Source: Campylobacterota bacterium
Lineage (GTDB): Bacteria; Campylobacterota; Campylobacteria; Campylobacterales; Sulfurovaceae
Direction of reading: 5' to 3'
Length of the DNA stretch: 37,100 nucleotides
Assembly (NCBI GenBank): GCA_034722955.1
Contig: JAYEOM010000093.1
Coordinates: 1-37,100, forward strand
The position numbers and the translations under genes were made by a program. The notes under the pieces were generated by a model. It saw only the letters and a program-made list of their open reading frames with translations, was not told where the DNA came from and searched no databases. Positions 17,948-26,284 of this stretch are shown here, piece after piece; position 1 is the stretch's first letter, and each line of letters opens with the position of its first letter.

Positions 17948-18024
17948 CTTTAGTCTGTTTGACTAAACTTTATTGTGAAAATATTAAAAAAGACTTGACA
18001 AAGAGTTACTCAATGTTGTATAAT
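17948..18024 (+). promoter_or_regulatory. Heat-shock promoter with two HAIR-like (HspR) operators
   Basis: CTTTAGT-N7-ACTAAAC (17948-17968) and CTTGACA-N7-ACTCAAT (17994-18014) versus HAIR CTTGAGT-N7-ACTCAAG. TTGACA at 17995-18000 and TATAAT at 18019-18024. Confidence 0.7.
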
Positions 18025-18088
18025 ACTTCAAGCATTTAGAGATTTTTGATGAAAATGCATACTATAAAATAGATAAAAAGGAGGTGTT

Positions 18089-18646
18089 TTGATGAGCAAT
18101 AGTCAAGAAGAGCTTTTGCAAGATGAGTTGGAAGAGCAGCTTGAATCTGCCAGTCAAGATGAGGTAGTAGAAGAGTTAGAGGATGATCTTCTCATCCGGG
18201 CACAGGAGGAGGCTGCAGAGTGGAAAGATAAATATCTCCGTGCTCATGCCGATTTTGAAAACACTAAAAAGCGTTTTGCTAGAGATAAAACTACAGCAAT
18301 CTCTTATGCAAATGAGAGTTTCGCAAAAGATATTTTGGCAGTACTCGACTCATTTGATCAAGGTATAGCCTCTATAGAGAGTGCAGACCAATCATGCACA
18401 ACTGATGTAGTTGAGAAGATGAAAGAGGGAGTAGGACTCACTTATAATCAGCTCAAAAAGGTTTTGGAGAAGAACTCTATCAAAGAGATCAGCTGTGAAG
18501 GCGAATATGATCCTAGCCTCCATCAGGCTATTATGCAGGTTGAGAGTGATGAGCATGATGGCGGTCAAGTGGTACAGGTGATGCAGAAAGGCTATACTAT
18601 CAAAGATAGGGTTCTCAGACCGGCAATGGTAAGCACAAGTAAATAA
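18089..18646 (+). CDS. grpE: Nucleotide exchange factor GrpE
   Basis: [19 protein letters not shown] and QKGY....[18 protein letters not shown]. Confidence 0.96.
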   Translation: MMSNSQEELLQDELEEQLESASQDEVVEELEDDLLIRAQEEAAEWKDKYLRAHADFENTKKRFARDKTTAISYANESFAKDILAVLDSFDQGIASIESADQSCTTDVVEKMKEGVGLTYNQLKKVLEKNSIKEISCEGEYDPSLHQAIMQVESDEHDGGQVVQVMQKGYTIKDRVLRPAMVSTSK

Positions 18647-18666
18647 AAAATATAAGGAATTTAAAT

Positions 18667-20547
18667 ATGGGAAAAGTTTTAGGAATTGATTTAGGTACAA
18701 CAAACTCTGCGATGAGCATCTTTGAGCGTGGAGAAGCGGCTATTATCGCCAACAGTGAAGGTAAAAATACGACACCTTCTATCGTGGCCTTTGCAGACAA
18801 AGGTGAAATTCTTGTCGGTGATACAGCGAAGAGACAAGCGGTAACCAACCCAGAAAAGACGATCTACTCTATCAAGAGAATCATGGGTCTTATGTGTGAT
18901 GAGAGTATGGCAAAAGAGGCAAAAGATAGATTGCTCTACCATGTTATAGATAGAAATGGTGCCTGTGCGATCGAAGTAGATGGTAAAACTTATACTCCAC
19001 AAGAGATCTCTGCAAAGATCCTCATGAAACTCAAAGAGGATGCAGAGGGATACATGGGTGAAACAGTTACAGATGCAGTTATTACTGTACCGGCATACTT
19101 CAATGATGCACAGAGAAAAGCGACTAAAGAGGCAGGAACTATCGCAGGATTGAATGTATTGAGGATCATCAATGAGCCTACAGCAGCGGCACTCTCTTAT
19201 GGACTGGACAAGAAAGATGCTGAGCAGATCATAGTATATGATCTTGGTGGCGGTACTTTCGATGTGACTGTTCTTGAGACGGGTGATGGTGTAGTTGAGG
19301 TCATGGCGACAGGGGGAGATGCATTCCTTGGTGGTGATGACTTTGACAATAGAGTTATCGATTATGTAGCTAGTGACTTCAAGAGTGATACCGGTGTCGA
19401 TATCAAAGCAGATGTTATGGCACTTCAGAGACTTAGAGATGCAGCAGAAGCAGCGAAAAAAGAGCTCTCTAGTGCGACAGAGACTGAGATCAACTTGCCA
19501 TTTATCACTGCAGATGCCAGTGGACCAAAGCACCTTGTGATGAAGGTAACCAGAGCGAAATTTGAATCTCTGATCTCTGACTTGATTGATGAGACGATCA
19601 AGACTATCTCTTCAGTACTTAAAGATTCAGGTGTAAGCAAAGCAGATATCAAAGAGATCGTAATGGTCGGTGGATCGACAAGAATTCCATTGGTGCAAGA
19701 GGAGGTCAAGAAGTTCTTTGGAAAAGATATCAATAAGTCTGTGAACCCTGATGAAGTTGTTGCATTGGGTGCAGCGATCCAGGGTGGTGTACTTGCAGGT
19801 GATGTCAAAGATGTATTGCTTCTTGATGTGACACCATTGAGTCTAGGTATCGAAACACTTGGTGGAGTAACAACCAAAGTGATCGAGAAGGGGACAACTA
19901 TCCCAGCCAAGAAGTCACAAGTCTTCTCAACAGCAGATGACAATCAGCCAGCTGTCAGCATCCATGTACTTCAGGGAGAGCGTGAATTTTCTAAAGACAA
20001 TAAGTCATTGGGAATGTTTGAACTTAGGGATATTCCTGCTGCACCTAGAGGTGTGCCTCAGATCGAAGTAACTTTTGATATAGATGCCAATGGTATCTTG
20101 ACAGTCTCTGCTGAGGATAAAGGTACAGGAAAGTCACAAGAGATTAAGATCACCGGTTCGTCAGGACTCAGTGATGATGAGATCGAAAAGATGGTACAGG
20201 ATGCTGAAGCGAACAAAGCTGAAGATGAAGAGAGAAAAGCTCTAGTTGATATCAGAAACCAAGCAGATGCACTAGTTCACCAGACCAAAAAATCTCTCAC
20301 TGATTTGGGTGACAATTTTGATGCAGGTGAAAAAGAGAGTATCGAAGCCTCTATTAATGAGCTTGAGACACTTCTCAAAGATGACTCTGCTACTAAAGAG
20401 CAGATCGAAGAGAAGGTCAAAGTGTTGACAGAGAAGAGTCATAAGCTAGCTGAAGCAGTCTATGCCAAAGAGCAGGGACAGAAAACAGGTGACACCAAAG
20501 GCAAAAAAGCAGATGATGACGATGTCATCGATGCAGAAGTAGAGTAG
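18667..20547 (+). CDS. dnaK: Chaperone DnaK (Hsp70)
   Basis: [34 protein letters not shown] and DVIDAE tail. Confidence 0.99.
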   Translation: MGKVLGIDLGTTNSAMSIFERGEAAIIANSEGKNTTPSIVAFADKGEILVGDTAKRQAVTNPEKTIYSIKRIMGLMCDESMAKEAKDRLLYHVIDRNGACAIEVDGKTYTPQEISAKILMKLKEDAEGYMGETVTDAVITVPAYFNDAQRKATKEAGTIAGLNVLRIINEPTAAALSYGLDKKDAEQIIVYDLGGGTFDVTVLETGDGVVEVMATGGDAFLGGDDFDNRVIDYVASDFKSDTGVDIKADVMALQRLRDAAEAAKKELSSATETEINLPFITADASGPKHLVMKVTRAKFESLISDLIDETIKTISSVLKDSGVSKADIKEIVMVGGSTRIPLVQEEVKKFFGKDINKSVNPDEVVALGAAIQGGVLAGDVKDVLLLDVTPLSLGIETLGGVTTKVIEKGTTIPAKKSQVFSTADDNQPAVSIHVLQGEREFSKDNKSLGMFELRDIPAAPRGVPQIEVTFDIDANGILTVSAEDKGTGKSQEIKITGSSGLSDDEIEKMVQDAEANKAEDEERKALVDIRNQADALVHQTKKSLTDLGDNFDAGEKESIEASINELETLLKDDSATKEQIEEKVKVLTEKSHKLAEAVYAKEQGQKTGDTKGKKADDDDVIDAEVE

Positions 20548-20579
20548 TCTCTGCATACCCTCCATCCTAATGAAAATTA

Positions 20580-20602
20580 GTAAGGGTGCGTAACAACGCA
20601 CC
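20580..20602. repeat. REP-like hairpin between convergent dnaK and the glycosyltransferase (possible terminator)
   Basis: gtaag then ggtgcgt-aaca-acgcacc, a 7-bp stem. Confidence 0.5.
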
Positions 20603-22371
20603 TAAAACCACCATCCAGAAAACCACTTCAATCCATGATCTACATAACTTTTTGTTATCTCATAACCACTCAATACAGGATAAAAAGCCAAAAACAACCC
20701 GACAACTATAGATAGATAGAGAAAATAGTATCTACGATAGAGCACAAAATATCTACTCAAATCTCTTAACATGTAAACTACAGCAAGCATCATAAAAGGA
20801 GCAGGATAGTAGAAGTAGTAGATAAACATCAATCTATCAACAAAGATATATGGCAGATACAACCCTAAAAATGCCAACAGTATAAAACCAGCCTCAAGAG
20901 TAGCTCTTCTAATCAGTACATATATGAGATAGAAGATGCTAACACTACCCACCCAAAATATAGCAGGGTTTCCAAATACTGTAATAGAGCTAATTAGTCC
21001 ATCCTCTATCTCTCTATAGTAACACATAGGTCTATAGTCTACAGTCCAACTCCACCACTGAGAGCTATATGGGTGTGTGCTTTTGATAGTTGTATGATAA
21101 TCATACATAGAGAGCTGATAATCTATAATCTTCTCAAAGCTGCCACTATGCAAATATATGTCAAGAAATGTCAAAAGATATACTATACCTGCCACAACTA
21201 CATAGCTCAAGATACCATAAAGCAGTAGCCTATATCCAGCAAAACGCTTCTGCAATGGATATCTCGTGACCAATAGATAGATGGCTATCATAAGAAAACC
21301 TGCCGCAGAGAAGACCGCCAACCACTTCACACCACCAGCAAGCCCAAAGAAGAGACCGCTAAGCATCAGAGATGAGAGTTTCTGCCTCACAATAAAGTGA
21401 TATAAAAAGTAGTAAGAGACCAGAACAAACAGAACACCAAATGTATCTATCAAGGCAACTCTTGATTGCGTAAAATGCATAAAGCTATATGTTATCAAGA
21501 TAGCTGAAGTAAAGGCAAAGAGTCTTTTTCTAAATAGCAGTTTGGAGAAGTAGTACATTGCAAATATAAATATAGCACCAAATATCACATTGGTAAATCT
21601 CCATCCGAAGGGGGTCATTCCAAAAAACTTGATACCTGGAACTATAAGCATCTTTCCTAGATATGGATGAGCAGTTTCATAAGCAGGAGTATCATGCATA
21701 ATCTCATAAGCTGTTCGTCCATGATATATCTCGTCAAAAAACATACCACCATAGTAGGTAGTGACTGCATGCATCTCCTGTTCATCTATAAGCAGACTCC
21801 TTGGTGTATTAACACTCAGAAGCTTATCATCTTGTATGAACTGCACCTCTCCTAGCATCATATCACCCATTGTGAGTTCTATATTTATCTGGGGTGTAGT
21901 GATATCTGTATCTATACAGTTCCATCGAAATGAAAAAGGAAAATCCTTATCATAGGAGTAAAACTTTTTCCAACTCTCGCCATCAAGAAAATCAAGATGA
22001 AACTTAACACTTCTCTCTATGCCTATATAGTAACAGATCTTATCGATATGTTCGGGCTTATCAAACTTGAACGATGCCACAGTACCTTTATGTTTGAAGT
22101 TCTCAAAGCTCTGTGGTGCCTGAGTAGCTCCAAGACTATAAAAAGCATATACCAAAAAACTACCTATCAATATAGTCAACAGCCAATAACGCCAGATGCG
22201 TTTACCTCTAACATATCTATATATATTGTAACCTAACAAGGAAAATAGTAGCAGAGCAGCCAATAGAGACAAAAATCCAGGCTCTGGATAGATAAGTAAA
22301 AAAAGCCCCAATGGCACTATAGAGAGAGCCTGCATCCATAATAATAATCTATCTACTCCATCTATCTTCAT
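20602..22371 (-). CDS. Lipid-carrier-dependent glycosyltransferase, PMT/GT39 (protein O-mannosyltransferase-like, GT-C)
   Basis: FFDEIYH, HP.LGK, PFGWR, SRVALID, KW, HPYSS.WWSW, GNPAIFW and R.MFIYYF motifs. Many TM helices plus a periplasmic domain. Confidence 0.85.
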   Translation of the reverse strand: MKIDGVDRLLLWMQALSIVPLGLFLLIYPEPGFLSLLAALLLFSLLGYNIYRYVRGKRIWRYWLLTILIGSFLVYAFYSLGATQAPQSFENFKHKGTVASFKFDKPEHIDKICYYIGIERSVKFHLDFLDGESWKKFYSYDKDFPFSFRWNCIDTDITTPQINIELTMGDMMLGEVQFIQDDKLLSVNTPRSLLIDEQEMHAVTTYYGGMFFDEIYHGRTAYEIMHDTPAYETAHPYLGKMLIVPGIKFFGMTPFGWRFTNVIFGAIFIFAMYYFSKLLFRKRLFAFTSAILITYSFMHFTQSRVALIDTFGVLFVLVSYYFLYHFIVRQKLSSLMLSGLFFGLAGGVKWLAVFSAAGFLMIAIYLLVTRYPLQKRFAGYRLLLYGILSYVVVAGIVYLLTFLDIYLHSGSFEKIIDYQLSMYDYHTTIKSTHPYSSQWWSWTVDYRPMCYYREIEDGLISSITVFGNPAIFWVGSVSIFYLIYVLIRRATLEAGFILLAFLGLYLPYIFVDRLMFIYYFYYPAPFMMLAVVYMLRDLSRYFVLYRRYYFLYLSIVVGLFLAFYPVLSGYEITKSYVDHGLKWFSGWWF

Positions 22372-22485
22372 CGGATACTCCTAGGGCTGGTAGTTTAAGT
22401 ATAAGCTCTTTATCTTAATGTAACCTCTGGAATATAAACAAAAAAAGATAGAATATGATTACCTTATATGAACTAGAGGAAACTG

Positions 22486-23109
22486 ATGGATCTACCTAGA
22501 GTTGAGAGAGAGTTGAAGAGGAGATGTTGTTATCCCTATCGATGGGGCAGGAGGCAGTCGGATCTTTGGGATAGGCAGACAAATTTTATATATACCACTT
22601 ATAGTATGAGTATGCTTCTCAAGAGAGTAGAAGGTTTTGATCAGGCTCTGTGTGATTATGCTCTGAATAGGTGGTATAACTTTTGGTCTGCGATGGCGAT
22701 TGAGGATATTTTTGCTTCGCATGATAGTGTTGAGCCAAATCGGAATAGTTTTGATAAATTGGTAGATTTCCATATAGAAGAGATCCCTTTTGATCATAAA
22801 ACTTCTATATTTCCGAAAGGTTTTGGTCGATCCTATGAGTATGCTAGAGAGCATGAGGATGAGTTGATCGAGTGGCTCTATACCAACCAGAGCCAGCAGG
22901 GTAGGAAGCATCTGAAAAATAGACTCTTTATTATGCTTTATGATGGAGAGACGATGCAGCACTGGAAGCTGAAATCTGAGATAATGCTCATCAAAGATGA
23001 GATAGATCAGTATGTTGAGGAGTTTAGTGAAAAACAGCTCCATAAGTTTGATTTTGGTGATGGTGAAATCTTTTCAGATATGATATGGGTCAGAAGAGGA
23101 GTGTCATGA
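22486..23109 (+). CDS. Hypothetical protein, putative PD-(D/E)xK restriction endonuclease
   Basis: E..F...LVDF....PFDHKTS pattern. ATGA overlap with the methyltransferase. GAGG RBS. Confidence 0.6.
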   Translation: MDLPRVERELKRRCCYPYRWGRRQSDLWDRQTNFIYTTYSMSMLLKRVEGFDQALCDYALNRWYNFWSAMAIEDIFASHDSVEPNRNSFDKLVDFHIEEIPFDHKTSIFPKGFGRSYEYAREHEDELIEWLYTNQSQQGRKHLKNRLFIMLYDGETMQHWKLKSEIMLIKDEIDQYVEEFSEKQLHKFDFGDGEIFSDMIWVRRGVS

Positions 23110-24098
23110 ATTATATAGGATCCAAGCTCAAGTTATCTAATTTTTTAGAAGAGAGTATCAAAGAGAGTGTTGGCAGTATCGAAGAGGCTACATTTTGTGA
23201 TATTTTTGCAGGCACCGGCATAGTCGGTCGCAAGTTTAAAACTATGACTAAAAAAGTGATAGCCAACGATATAGAGTACTATAGCTATGTGTTGAACCGA
23301 AACTATATAGGAAACAGCAGAAGATTTGAGAAGGAGTCATTGATTGATGCATTGAATGAGATGGAGGGTATAGAGGGATTTATATATCAGCACTACTCTC
23401 TAGGCGGAGATGGTCAGAGGCAGTATTTTAGTGATGAAAATGCTAAAAAGATAGATGCAATGCGTCAAAAGATTGAAGAGTGGAGAGCAGAAGAGAGTAT
23501 CGATGAGGATCAATACTTTTTTCTTTTGGCTAGCTTGATTGAGTCTGCAGATAAAGTAGCAAATACGGCTTCTGTTTACGGTGCTTATCTCAAGCATTTG
23601 AAGCGATCTGCACAACAAAAACTTCTCTTAAAACCGGCATCCTTCGATATCTATGGAGCCGGACATGAAGTCTACCATGAGGATGCCAATACTCTCATCT
23701 CTAAGATATCTGGTGATATTCTATATATGGATCCGCCATACAACCAACGACAGTATGGTGCCAACTACCATATACTCAATACAATCGCTAGATATGATAC
23801 ATTTGTACCTCAGGGAAAAACTGGCTTAAGGTCATATATCCGTTCTGACTATTGTAAAAAATCTGTAGTTAAAAGTAGTTTTGAAGCACTGATAGAGAGA
23901 GCAGATTTCAACTATATCTTTCTCAGCTATAACAATGAAGGTATAATGCGATCAGAAGAGGTTGAAAGTATCATGTGTAAATATGGCAACTATAGGCTTG
24001 AAACAACTCAATATCAACGATTTAAGGCTGATAAGAGTGAAAACAGAAACCACAAAGCAGATGCCACTACAGAGTATCTGCATATTTTGGAAAAATAA
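23106..24098 (+). CDS. DNA adenine-N6 methyltransferase (D12 class), M.NlaIII/M.HpyI-like, predicted target CATG
   Basis: MNYIGSKLKL, DIFAGTG, ADKVANTASVYGA, LYMDPPYN.RQYGANYH, LSYNNEG and RFKADK..NRNHKA..T.EYLHILEK. True start at 23106 rather than 23085. Confidence 0.9.
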   Translation: MNYIGSKLKLSNFLEESIKESVGSIEEATFCDIFAGTGIVGRKFKTMTKKVIANDIEYYSYVLNRNYIGNSRRFEKESLIDALNEMEGIEGFIYQHYSLGGDGQRQYFSDENAKKIDAMRQKIEEWRAEESIDEDQYFFLLASLIESADKVANTASVYGAYLKHLKRSAQQKLLLKPASFDIYGAGHEVYHEDANTLISKISGDILYMDPPYNQRQYGANYHILNTIARYDTFVPQGKTGLRSYIRSDYCKKSVVKSSFEALIERADFNYIFLSYNNEGIMRSEEVESIMCKYGNYRLETTQYQRFKADKSENRNHKADATTEYLHILEK

Positions 24099-24467
24099 CC
24101 CTCTTGTTATTGGTTTGTTAATGATTCATTTTCCAATAGTTAATCACAAAAGGCTATACTGCCACCTAGGAGAGAGAAATCTTTCCACAAATCGATATTG
24201 AGAGTCTGTTTTACTTCGTGTCCAAAGATAGACTTATTTGTTTTCTTTCAATATTCGTATTCTCCTTAGAAGAAGCGACTTTTTTTATTTTATATCTTCC
24301 TTGTTATAAATAATCTCCTTGTCTGTCGCTTCTTTGCCATTGAATTTATATTTAAAATTTACTTTTTATATATTTTATCACAACAACTTTTGTAATATCA
24401 CGGATGATTTCAGGGTAATCTTTGTTATAATTCGGGTTGAATTAGAAAACTCAAGGAGAGTGAAATT

Positions 24468-24761
24468 ATGAAAACTTGTACTACTTTGGATGAAGCTAGA
24501 GAAGAGATAGATAAAGTGGATGAGCAGATCATCGCTTTGATAGCTAAACGAAATGACTATATTAAGCAGATAGCACACTTCAAAAACTCTGTTGATGAGG
24601 TGAAAGCTAGTGAGCGTATCAATGCTGTTGTATCTCGTGCTAGGGAGCAGGCGATATCATTGGGTCTCTCTCCGAATTTGATCAATGATCTATATGTACG
24701 AATGATTGATGCGATGGTTGAGAGTGAAGTTGCAGAGTTTAAAAATGCAAAGACATATTAG
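24468..24761 (+). CDS. Monofunctional chorismate mutase (AroQ/PchB-like)
   Basis: L.E.R.EID..D..II.LI..R......A.FK. TGtTATAAT at 24423-24431. AAGGAG RBS. Confidence 0.88.
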   Translation: MKTCTTLDEAREEIDKVDEQIIALIAKRNDYIKQIAHFKNSVDEVKASERINAVVSRAREQAISLGLSPNLINDLYVRMIDAMVESEVAEFKNAKTY

Positions 24762-24780
24762 GCTACCTTATAGGTAGCCT
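24760..24780. terminator. Palindromic hairpin between convergent genes, built from the GGTAGCCT repeat motif
   Basis: aggctacct-tat-aggtagcct, a 9-bp perfect stem. Confidence 0.55.
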
Positions 24781-24785
24781 TAGGC

Positions 24786-26042
24786 TTAAAAATGATAATT
24801 GGCTCTCACAAGAAGTCTCTCAAGCCCTGTATCCTTGGGATTGCCTAGCTCATCTGTTTCAATACCCATATTTTTATCTTCAACAGTTATATAGACCAGC
24901 TCAATATCCCACTCTTTACTAGGGGCGTAAGCCAAAACAATATTCTGCTCAATCACTTCTCCATAATTATCACCTGTGAACTCTCCATAGTGATACTCTG
25001 CGATAACTCCTGACAAACCAAGTTTGGCAAAGTCATAACCTGCCATCACCTTCCAGGCATCACCACTCTGGGAGAGAGTAAATGTACCAGCGGTATACTC
25101 ATCCATATTGACAAAACCTACACCGCCACCAAAGCCACCAAAGTACTTTTTGCCCTCATCGACATCAAGAGCATCATAAGCTACCCCAAGTGTCGCCCCG
25201 GAGAAGATTATCTCCGCCATAGCACCATAGAGTGTCGCTTTAAAGCCTGAGTTCTCTCTCTCGCTCTGATTGGCAAACTGGAGACCACCTTTGAGTTCAA
25301 CTCCACCGGAGATGACATAGGTACCGATGGCATCGGCATAGATAACATCTGCAGTTTTATCTGCACCGTAGTACCATAGACCCACTTCTATAGTATCTGT
25401 CGTATAGGTGGATGCTGCCATAGTGACACCGTTACCCTCATCAAGAAGGTCTATGAACTTATACTCGTTGGCACCAGGTCCCTGCCATCTGGTGAGATAA
25501 GCACCGATGAAGCTGAAGTCACTGTAGGTATAGGTTGCGACAACACCTTCGAAGGTGTTGGGTGTCATGCGAATATCATCACTATCGGCATAAGGTGTGT
25601 CGATTAGTTGACGACCGCCTCGTATCTTGAAATCTCTGTAGCTATAGTCAAGATAGGCTTCTGCCAATAGGTCATAATGCCCATCTGCAGAACTCATCTC
25701 ATCATTGAACCTACCTCTCTCTTTCTCTCCGCTCAACTCATTGATAGCATGAGAAGTATAAAAAGCGACACCAAAGTCAAAACCGTAAAATTTTCCAGTT
25801 TCATACTTTAGCTGACCGCCTAATGTAGTCGAAAATCTATCCTGCTCTCCAGATAATTTAGGCATATGTTGGATATAGCCTGCTCTGACCTCTCCACTGA
25901 CTTTTCCATTTTTAAATGCATCTGCCAAACTATCTGTTGTTTCGATCTTGGCTGTTTTGGTCTGTTCGACTGGCTTGATCTCTTCGCCTGCAAATATGCT
26001 TGTAGCAGTCAAGAGTGCAACAATACTCAATTTTATTTTCAT
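24786..26042 (-). CDS. Outer-membrane porin (OprD / Campylobacterota MOMP-like)
   Basis: Signal peptide, GKVSGEVR, LKYETG, EAYL.Y, GRQ.IDTP.ADSDD.RM.PN.FEG, amphipathic strands and C-terminal Y-x-F. Confidence 0.88.
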   Translation of the reverse strand: MKIKLSIVALLTATSIFAGEEIKPVEQTKTAKIETTDSLADAFKNGKVSGEVRAGYIQHMPKLSGEQDRFSTTLGGQLKYETGKFYGFDFGVAFYTSHAINELSGEKERGRFNDEMSSADGHYDLLAEAYLDYSYRDFKIRGGRQLIDTPYADSDDIRMTPNTFEGVVATYTYSDFSFIGAYLTRWQGPGANEYKFIDLLDEGNGVTMAASTYTTDTIEVGLWYYGADKTADVIYADAIGTYVISGGVELKGGLQFANQSERENSGFKATLYGAMAEIIFSGATLGVAYDALDVDEGKKYFGGFGGGVGFVNMDEYTAGTFTLSQSGDAWKVMAGYDFAKLGLSGVIAEYHYGEFTGDNYGEVIEQNIVLAYAPSKEWDIELVYITVEDKNMGIETDELGNPKDTGLERLLVRANYHF

Positions 26043-26275
26043 CTCTTCTCCTCGTCTCTGTTGACTTCTATTTTTTCTGCTTCTTCCCTCCTAAGCACTA
26101 CAAGTGTTGTGCCTATGGATATCTCTATAGTCTGTTTTGCCAGAGAGTGTTCTTTGACAGTAATCTCTTCACCCGGAACAATACCAAAAGAGTTAAATCT
26201 ACCTCTCAACTCTTTTTGGGCATTGACCTTAATGATAGTAGCACTCTCGCCTTTTTTGAGTCGGTTGGCTAACAT
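26039..26275 (-). CDS. feoA: Ferrous iron transport protein A
   Basis: L..GE...I......LR.R..SFGI.PG...LR.EEA..IEV. Confidence 0.9.
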   Translation of the reverse strand: MLANRLKKGESATIIKVNAQKELRGRFNSFGIVPGEEITVKEHSLAKQTIEISIGTTLVVLRREEAEKIEVNRDEEKR

Positions 26276-26284
26276 AAACTCCTC

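Noticed and set aside
18691..19943. Long minus-strand ORFs (280 and 172 aa)
   Set aside because: Antisense shadows of dnaK, a well-known artefact.
22492..23043. 183-aa minus-strand ORF
   Set aside because: Antisense to the putative nuclease, which is coupled to the MTase.
23085..23105. Upstream start for the methyltransferase
   Set aside because: The family begins MNYIGSK, and ATG 23106 gives the ATGA coupling.
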